A stretch of DNA of 64,000 nt from positions 21,558-85,557 of IMG/VR virus record IMGVR_UViG_3300030503_000566; one strand, given 5' to 3'. Positions 58,401 to 64,000 of this stretch are shown here, in pieces; position 1 is the stretch's first letter, and every line of letters begins with the position of its first letter. The position numbers and the translations under genes are program-made. Under the pieces are notes generated by a model, which did no database searches, was not told the origin of the DNA, and saw only the letters and a list, made by a program, of their open reading frames with translations. Source of the DNA: a virus.

Positions 58401-60521
58401 GTAGCTTCTCAAGTAGGATGTGACTTGGGCTTCAAACAAAATCCTATTTGTTCTTATTATGCTTCATTGAAAAATCCAATAGAGGATCAATATGGACAAA
58501 TATACTCTTATCCAACAGTGGATACAGGTTTTCAATTAGCCATTGACCCCACACAGCCAATATCACAATTCTCCCAACAATTTTATTTTGTCTTTGGAGG
58601 AGATACCTTTATTAATAGATTTGCATTTAAGAGAAAATTTCCTTTTTTTCTTGATAATAGAGTGAATTTTCCAGATGACAGTGATGTTTTTTACGATGAA
58701 TTAGGAAATGTTTGCAATCCTTCATTCTGGTTTAGTACTGACGTGACTCAAGGTAATGGTGGATCATTTGGCCTAGGTTCTTTATTTGGGGTAAAGGTGA
58801 ACAGTTTCGATTGCAAGGATGGTTCCTTCTTTTATGATAGTGGCAAGTTCTATCTTTTTGCATATGGCCTACCTTACTTTTATGTTGAGTCTCAAGTGAA
58901 TGTAGATTATAGACAAGCGGCTAATGACTTAGCTGGTGAGTTCTGGCCTCATGTTAATAATGATGTTCCTGATGAGTGGTTACAAGAAATTAATGTTTCC
59001 ATAGGCCTAGATAACTCATATAATTATAATAAATCCTTCTCTAAGCAAAATGATGAGAATGTATTTACCACATTACCTCTGAATTGGGCACCTAATATGC
59101 CATGTTTGGATACTTATCAGAATAAAGCTATCTGGTCTGATAAGCAAGCAGACCCTGTATACTACTATAAAAATAGCTGGTTGTTATATAGGCCGACTTC
59201 ATATTATGATTTTCCTCTGAACTATGGAAAACTGATTGATCTAGAGGGGATTGAGAATAGGGAAATTATTGCACGTTTTGAGAATAGGATGGTAACTTAT
59301 AACTCTTTACTTACAATAAACACCTCTACCCCCCAAGGAGCATATCTGGGCAATGATAGTTTATTTAAAGGTAGCCCTCCAATAGACTTCTCTGACACAG
59401 ATGCTGGACATGCAGGCACTCAACATAAAATGTTTATCAAGACCTTTGAGGGTCATATATCAGTAGATGCTAAAAGGGGTCAAATTCTCCTGATTCCTGC
59501 TGTTTCTCCCTATTGGGGTAGAAGACAGTTAGAAGATTTGGCTGGTATTAAATATGGGATGAAGGAGTTCTTCTGTGAGAACCTTGAGTTCAAAATTCTT
59601 AAGACTTTCCCTAACTATCCCATTGATAATCATTTTAACTTTATAGGATTACATGGGGTATTTGATAATAAGTATAATAGGATTATTCTTACTAAAATAG
59701 ATTATGAGGTTATTAATCCAGTTTTAACCTATAATCCCATTCTTAACGTTTTTAATGATAGTTATGGCAATATTATTGCCCTTGGAGATCCAGCGTATTT
59801 CTGTAATAGATCATGGACACTCTCCTTCAATTTTGAAACCAGATCTTGGATTAGTTTCCATAGTTACATCCCTAATTTCTACATCCCCGGACCCTCGTAT
59901 TTCTTTAGTGGTATAAACGGTGCTCAATCCTCTAACTGGATACACAACAGGAGTTATACCCTCTTTAATAATTTCTATGGTAATCAAGCCCCTTATGTGA
60001 TCGAGTATCCTTTTGCTTATCAAATGCAAGATGAAATAGTACAGAATGTTAAGGATTATACAAAGGTTATTCAATACTTAAGTAATGTTGATTATCAGTC
60101 TTTTGTAGAGGTCAATGATATTTATTTTAATAAGGCTATTCTTTATAATAATCAACAGACCTCTGGACTTTTAAACCTTGTTCCCAAACCTCCTCACAAT
60201 CTTCAGATCCTCAGGCAGTACCCAAAGTATAATAGTGATTCAAAATCTATTTTAGTAACTAAATCTAACAATTTCTACAACTATAACTTCTTCTGGGATG
60301 TTGTAGCTAATAAAAATAATCCCATATTCTCAAGAGACTGCAACTCTCTATCCTTTGACAAGAGGTTAGTACAGTCCAATATGGATTACTCAATGAGAAG
60401 CTTTAAAAAAGCTCCATTGATGGCAAAAGATCTCCGTATAAGACATATTCTTGATAATCAGTCTCAGTACAAATTAATTTCCCAATTCGTTTTAGCGCCT
60501 TCGCAAAAATCTTACAAGTAA
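55470..60521 (+). CDS. tail stabilisation/muzzle protein
   Basis: 1683 aa; GMN, YALNA, YWTD, GYMRDE.Y, IRHH.FP, FGGDTFI, WTLSF....W.SFHSY.P motifs of crAss-like muzzle proteins. Confidence 0.82.
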   Translation: MAEQEDDNQQQQQPPQQGNVSLNPNQAIGGMNLNSILREVKPGQLTYALNAQVENFDGGGISYQNESGNTLCYNFPIGYVDIGHHFIPEQDRTVWFLVNPTTGGSEIGVGSTLTCTYTTLVNQSCLNFNINYPIHKSVHKITACGTEVYWTDTYNGRRYMDIDNLPYAQTFDGTAQSPCASTTLSTIDCNKLSIQPNFAIPQIVYEAVLGGGNVIEGTYQFAVQYCNFEGSAYTSYYSHTNPMPILNPFIVGPDFNYNTGKSIKFKVSNIDITGLFDYFNIAVIKTINNITSVDLVATYQITQATQTVIYTGQSKADIALTIDDVFERFVYFDTAQGVTTVQDVLVWNGLTTNERLSYASIFNQVTLQWVSFKVPPSSNQFADPLNSANYEGYMRDEIYPFDGVVILKNGYQSDRFPIPNRVATSADLLIISNGDVQAGGTVCEPVTGLPTWQVYNTATVEGYCPQYVGNENNDCYEGPYQYGNFGFWQSTETYPCNEGIFGSLSGQQIRHHLFPDNAVSNHHDNEGNIYPLGVQVDAYQLYTLIQQSGLTQEQIDQIACIKIIRGDRAANKSIIAKGLLYNVGSYTNNDINNTGNNGTFFFPNYPFNDLREDPFIKGSNDAVSGSTVVSNYNSVNNSGNTNTTLYTAIIPANTLVNIGDQLIATYQGEYNGSNNQNQLLTVDINNINIGGLLIDASSGTTWSITSTITLTGPDAISVSNQYTTFGVVTFNDTTTTTKSGIDTSSPLTITLYGVAPQGSNNEVTISTISEVINYSPGGANVAPPSPYLDAFSSSGSLQRFTFHSPDTSFYQPSLGNILKLETIETGQARQHFVQTKGHARYKFPSLGSYLTSLGIGIAIGFASSSIGVSTQIFNGAAAFTAFATFNDIIYKLIPRRNFAYQFNSIGYYDNTQTIPNYNGNKIRTIDIASYLSSGLQGNSDTYPINNWQRESSVYLRTTATLPFPDTYPNVTPETSRYVASQVGCDLGFKQNPICSYYASLKNPIEDQYGQIYSYPTVDTGFQLAIDPTQPISQFSQQFYFVFGGDTFINRFAFKRKFPFFLDNRVNFPDDSDVFYDELGNVCNPSFWFSTDVTQGNGGSFGLGSLFGVKVNSFDCKDGSFFYDSGKFYLFAYGLPYFYVESQVNVDYRQAANDLAGEFWPHVNNDVPDEWLQEINVSIGLDNSYNYNKSFSKQNDENVFTTLPLNWAPNMPCLDTYQNKAIWSDKQADPVYYYKNSWLLYRPTSYYDFPLNYGKLIDLEGIENREIIARFENRMVTYNSLLTINTSTPQGAYLGNDSLFKGSPPIDFSDTDAGHAGTQHKMFIKTFEGHISVDAKRGQILLIPAVSPYWGRRQLEDLAGIKYGMKEFFCENLEFKILKTFPNYPIDNHFNFIGLHGVFDNKYNRIILTKIDYEVINPVLTYNPILNVFNDSYGNIIALGDPAYFCNRSWTLSFNFETRSWISFHSYIPNFYIPGPSYFFSGINGAQSSNWIHNRSYTLFNNFYGNQAPYVIEYPFAYQMQDEIVQNVKDYTKVIQYLSNVDYQSFVEVNDIYFNKAILYNNQQTSGLLNLVPKPPHNLQILRQYPKYNSDSKSILVTKSNNFYNYNFFWDVVANKNNPIFSRDCNSLSFDKRLVQSNMDYSMRSFKKAPLMAKDLRIRHILDNQSQYKLISQFVLAPSQKSYK

Positions 60522-63500
60522 TGGCAGAGAAAATTAACTATCACGTTACTATCGACGAAATCTTTTCCCCCCTAAAGGCCAAAAGTGGTATTAGTATTAA
60601 GCCTGAGAATAAGGGTAAATTCAATGCCACTAAGAAGGCTACTGGTAAGAGTACTGAGGAATTAACTCATTCGAAGAATCCTACTACTAAGAAGAGAGCA
60701 ATATTTGCTCAAAGCGCCTCACGTTGGCACCATGCAGAGGATGGTGACACTTTAGGTCCTGTGGTAGATCCTATTGATCTGAATACTGTATACCCAGCAG
60801 CTAAAAGTAATATTACCACTGGTATCCAACCTGTTGGAGCTACAGGACCAAACACTAATAGTATAGCTGGACCAGAGGCCATGAGTAATCCGGGAACTAA
60901 TACCCCCGCTGGGGCAACTAGACCCCCAAAAGCCCCCCCTACTGATAGCAAGAATTCAATACAAGGTGTTGGTAATAGCGTACTTTTTGGTCTTACTGCA
61001 TTTGATGCAATGCTCTCTAATGGAAAAGTAAGAAATCAACAAGTAGTACGCCCTCCGAGAGCCTATAATCAGCATCCTTATGGTACTGGTTCTGAAGCTT
61101 TAATGAAGAAAGGGGGGAAAATTAAAGCCAAGAAGGGTCTATTCACCCAGCAAACTATGGATGAGGGTGGGGGAATTTATAATCCTCCTTTCCATAATAT
61201 GATTGCTCAAAATGTGGCTGAGGATAAAGGAGGTGCCCCTAAGCATTATTATCATGCAGATGATGATTATTATGAGGAGGGAGGTGCTGTTGAGAACTTA
61301 TTTAATCAGTTTGGTGGAATGAGTAAGGTACCTACAAGCATAATGTCAGGTGCTGGTGGGGCTTCTAGTGCAGGAGGTTTTGCTAAGATAGCTGGTATGG
61401 CAGCTATGGCAGATAATGGTGCCCAATTTGGAGGATATGAACTAGCCCCTCCCTCTAAGTATGTAAAGCAAGATCAGAGTAGTAATCTTAATGTATTTAC
61501 TAATGGAGGTGAATTAAAAGAAGATGATAAAAATAACCTTCTAGTATTCAAAAAAGGTGGTAAAGTTCCTAAAGGCAAGTATGGCTATAGAATGCACCAA
61601 GATGAGACTAGGAATAGACCTACTTTTAAGAATGGTGGTGCTGTGACAGATGAAGATAATCTGTTGGTGTGGGAAAATGGTGGTTCTACTGATAAGGATA
61701 ATCTTTTAGTTTGGGATGATGGGGGCTATATTAAAAAGCTAAATTCTAAAGGGAAAGTTATACCCAATATTCTTGCTAATGGCTCCAAGATTTCTCCTAA
61801 CCAAGCTAGGGCAGATAGACCATATAACCAAATGACTTATTATGATAAGGATATTGTGGCTGAACATGGTTCTGTGATTAGCCCAGAACAGGCTCACAGT
61901 GATTATCCTTATACCCAAGAGTGGTATGAGAATGGTGGTATTTTACCTTCATCCTATGGTAAAGACGAGGATGTAAATAAACTTGTTTTTCATGGTGGTG
62001 GTTCTATCTCTGGTCACTCTATTGCAGGAAAAATGAGCAAAGGAGCAAATGCTCCTAGTGATGGTTCTTTAAGGAAGAGCAGGATTAAAAATCCTAAAGC
62101 GGTCCCCGAGATGGAGGAGGGTGGAAGAATGATTGCTAGTGGATTAGGGGGTCCGGGTAAAACTTACAAGAATCATAAATATCTGGATTCTTTTGATGAT
62201 AGCAAGTTACTTACTGCTGAATATTTTAACGGAGGTTCTGTAGAGAAACCATTTATACCTAAGAATTATAAAAATGTGGCCCAAAAAGGCCAAAAGAAGG
62301 CCCCTCCTATAATGGATTATGGGGGACCTGTAGGTCAAAAACCAGTATCACAAATGACTGATGCTGAAGTACATGCAGAATTAACTAGACCAATGCCTCA
62401 TCCTGCTGACTTAATTAGAGTAAGGGATACCAGAACTACTAATCCGGTGACTAATCAGAAGTTAAGACCAGATCAGCTAGGTGGTAGGAGTACTATAGTT
62501 AATTCCGATGTTATTAAAGCAATTGTTGCTCAGGCCAAAGCTAAAGGTGTAGACCCTAATGAGGCTCTTGCTATAGCTTCTCAAGAGAGTGACTTTGGAA
62601 AAGCAGACTATGTACCACGGTTCAAGAAAATTGATGACTATTTAAGTAGTTGGGGGGGTATAGACCCTAACGCCAGAAAGGAAATGGATAAAGCCAGAAG
62701 CAATGCATATAATGAAGCAATGGGTTCTTTAGGACATGCTTGGGCTTATAGGGATACAAATATGATACCGGGTTATCAAGAGCCTAGTCAAGTTGGTAAA
62801 AATACAGGCCAAGATTTTATGAATGCTGGGGCCGATGCTTTAGCAAAGGCTCTTAAAGAGAAAAATACATATGCTAGACAACTTGGTTATACCGATGATG
62901 CACATAGATTACAGACTTACAATGGTTTAGGTAAATTGGGGTACAATAAGACAATGGGTGGAAAACAGAGTGCTTATGGTGTTCCTCTGGCTCCCGGACA
63001 ACCTTTAGACCTTAGAAAAAACCCTGCTTATGGTAAGAATATAATTTCTATTAGAGATTCCGTAATAAGAAATAACCCTGCGCTTGAGAATATAGTTAAT
63101 AGTACACCTGCATATAAATCAACTACTGATAATTCTACTGCTAAAATGGATAATGGTGGTTCTGTTGATGTTAATAGAGTAATACCTCATCCCCTTAAAT
63201 TCTATTATGGTGGGGATGCAGATACTATTAGTAATAATCCCTATGCTGGACCCACAGTGGAATTTAAAGGGCCATCCCATGAAGAGGGAGGTATAGGAAT
63301 GTCTTATGGTGGAAAGAAAGTAGAAGTTGAGGGTGGAGAAACCGGTGTTGTAGACCAGCAAGGTGATTTTAATGTAATGGGTAATATGGTATTCCCCGGT
63401 ACAAATACTAAGTTTAAAGCACTTTCTAAAAAGATATCAGATCAGGAGAATAGTACTAATAGGAAGCTGAATAAAGGTACCAAGCTAATGGATGAATCTA

Positions 63501-64000
63501 ATCCTGATGATTCTTATGACTATCTGAGATTTAACTCTGGTAGGGCATTGACTATAGGTGCAGATATGAGAATGAAACAATTAGCCACAGCAAGAGAAAA
63601 ACTTGGTGATGTACAGAAAACTATCTTGGACACTGCTGATAGGTTAAATATTGATCCTCAGGAACTTTCTCAAGGTAAATATAAAGCTAAGAATGGGGCT
63701 AAGATTAACTATGCAGATGGTGGTTCTATAGGTGAGGGTGGAGATCCTAATAAGCCCTCAAGATCTGATAGAAACCATAATCCCGGCAATATTAAATATG
63801 GACCTTGGGCAAAAGCCCACGGAGCTACTAGTAAGGATGCTGATGGCTTTGCTATATTTGATAGTGATGATGCTGGGAAAACTGCTATGACAAGTCTTTT
63901 ACAATCAAAGACTTACAATAATCTTTCGGTAAAAGATGCTATTAATAAATGGACTGATAATAAACCATATAGCTATGATTTAGGCCCTCTTGCCTCTAAA
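60521..64000 (+). CDS. large virion cargo/ejection-type protein with lysozyme-like domains, runs off the window
   Basis: Manual translation from ATG 60521 is open to the end (1160 codons): many hydrophobic-x-x-GG motifs, AKAKGVDP..ALAIA.QES (SLT-like, ~62530), GPSHEEGG, RNHNPGNI (~63770). Confidence 0.8.
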   Translation, partial: MAEKINYHVTIDEIFSPLKAKSGISIKPENKGKFNATKKATGKSTEELTHSKNPTTKKRAIFAQSASRWHHAEDGDTLGPVVDPIDLNTVYPAAKSNITTGIQPVGATGPNTNSIAGPEAMSNPGTNTPAGATRPPKAPPTDSKNSIQGVGNSVLFGLTAFDAMLSNGKVRNQQVVRPPRAYNQHPYGTGSEALMKKGGKIKAKKGLFTQQTMDEGGGIYNPPFHNMIAQNVAEDKGGAPKHYYHADDDYYEEGGAVENLFNQFGGMSKVPTSIMSGAGGASSAGGFAKIAGMAAMADNGAQFGGYELAPPSKYVKQDQSSNLNVFTNGGELKEDDKNNLLVFKKGGKVPKGKYGYRMHQDETRNRPTFKNGGAVTDEDNLLVWENGGSTDKDNLLVWDDGGYIKKLNSKGKVIPNILANGSKISPNQARADRPYNQMTYYDKDIVAEHGSVISPEQAHSDYPYTQEWYENGGILPSSYGKDEDVNKLVFHGGGSISGHSIAGKMSKGANAPSDGSLRKSRIKNPKAVPEMEEGGRMIASGLGGPGKTYKNHKYLDSFDDSKLLTAEYFNGGSVEKPFIPKNYKNVAQKGQKKAPPIMDYGGPVGQKPVSQMTDAEVHAELTRPMPHPADLIRVRDTRTTNPVTNQKLRPDQLGGRSTIVNSDVIKAIVAQAKAKGVDPNEALAIASQESDFGKADYVPRFKKIDDYLSSWGGIDPNARKEMDKARSNAYNEAMGSLGHAWAYRDTNMIPGYQEPSQVGKNTGQDFMNAGADALAKALKEKNTYARQLGYTDDAHRLQTYNGLGKLGYNKTMGGKQSAYGVPLAPGQPLDLRKNPAYGKNIISIRDSVIRNNPALENIVNSTPAYKSTTDNSTAKMDNGGSVDVNRVIPHPLKFYYGGDADTISNNPYAGPTVEFKGPSHEEGGIGMSYGGKKVEVEGGETGVVDQQGDFNVMGNMVFPGTNTKFKALSKKISDQENSTNRKLNKGTKLMDESNPDDSYDYLRFNSGRALTIGADMRMKQLATAREKLGDVQKTILDTADRLNIDPQELSQGKYKAKNGAKINYADGGSIGEGGDPNKPSRSDRNHNPGNIKYGPWAKAHGATSKDADGFAIFDSDDAGKTAMTSLLQSKTYNNLSVKDAINKWTDNKPYSYDLGPLASK

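Noticed and set aside
34801-64000. Stop-codon reassignment (TAG or TGA) as in some crAss-like phages
   Set aside because: Long late genes are intact in the standard code, TAG and TGA end genes at sensible boundaries, and no suppressor tRNA was found

Overview
A ~64 kb, AT-rich segment of a crAss-like (Crassvirales) phage of a Bacteroidota host, read in the standard genetic code. Bases 1-28.1 kb form a leftward arm. It carries replication genes (partial SF2 helicase, DnaB-like helicase, PolB), an RNA ligase, a GT2, a macrodomain, a BCS1-like AAA ATPase, and ~18 kb of small accessory genes. Those include a five-member paralogue family, an Sm-like gene coupled to an RS/SG-repeat peptide, an HCTHG phosphatase, tRNA-Ile(UAU) and two structured non-coding stretches. 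After a strand switch at ~27.1-28.3 kb, the rightward arm encodes a pyruvyltransferase/glycosyltransferase/papain-like peptidase cluster, an HNH gene, tRNA-Arg and tRNA-Met, then terminase, portal, scaffold, major capsid, lysozyme, fibre, ring and muzzle proteins, a GIY-YIG homing endonuclease and the start of a large cargo protein. All calls come from reading motifs and gene order by eye; no database searches or folding programs were run.
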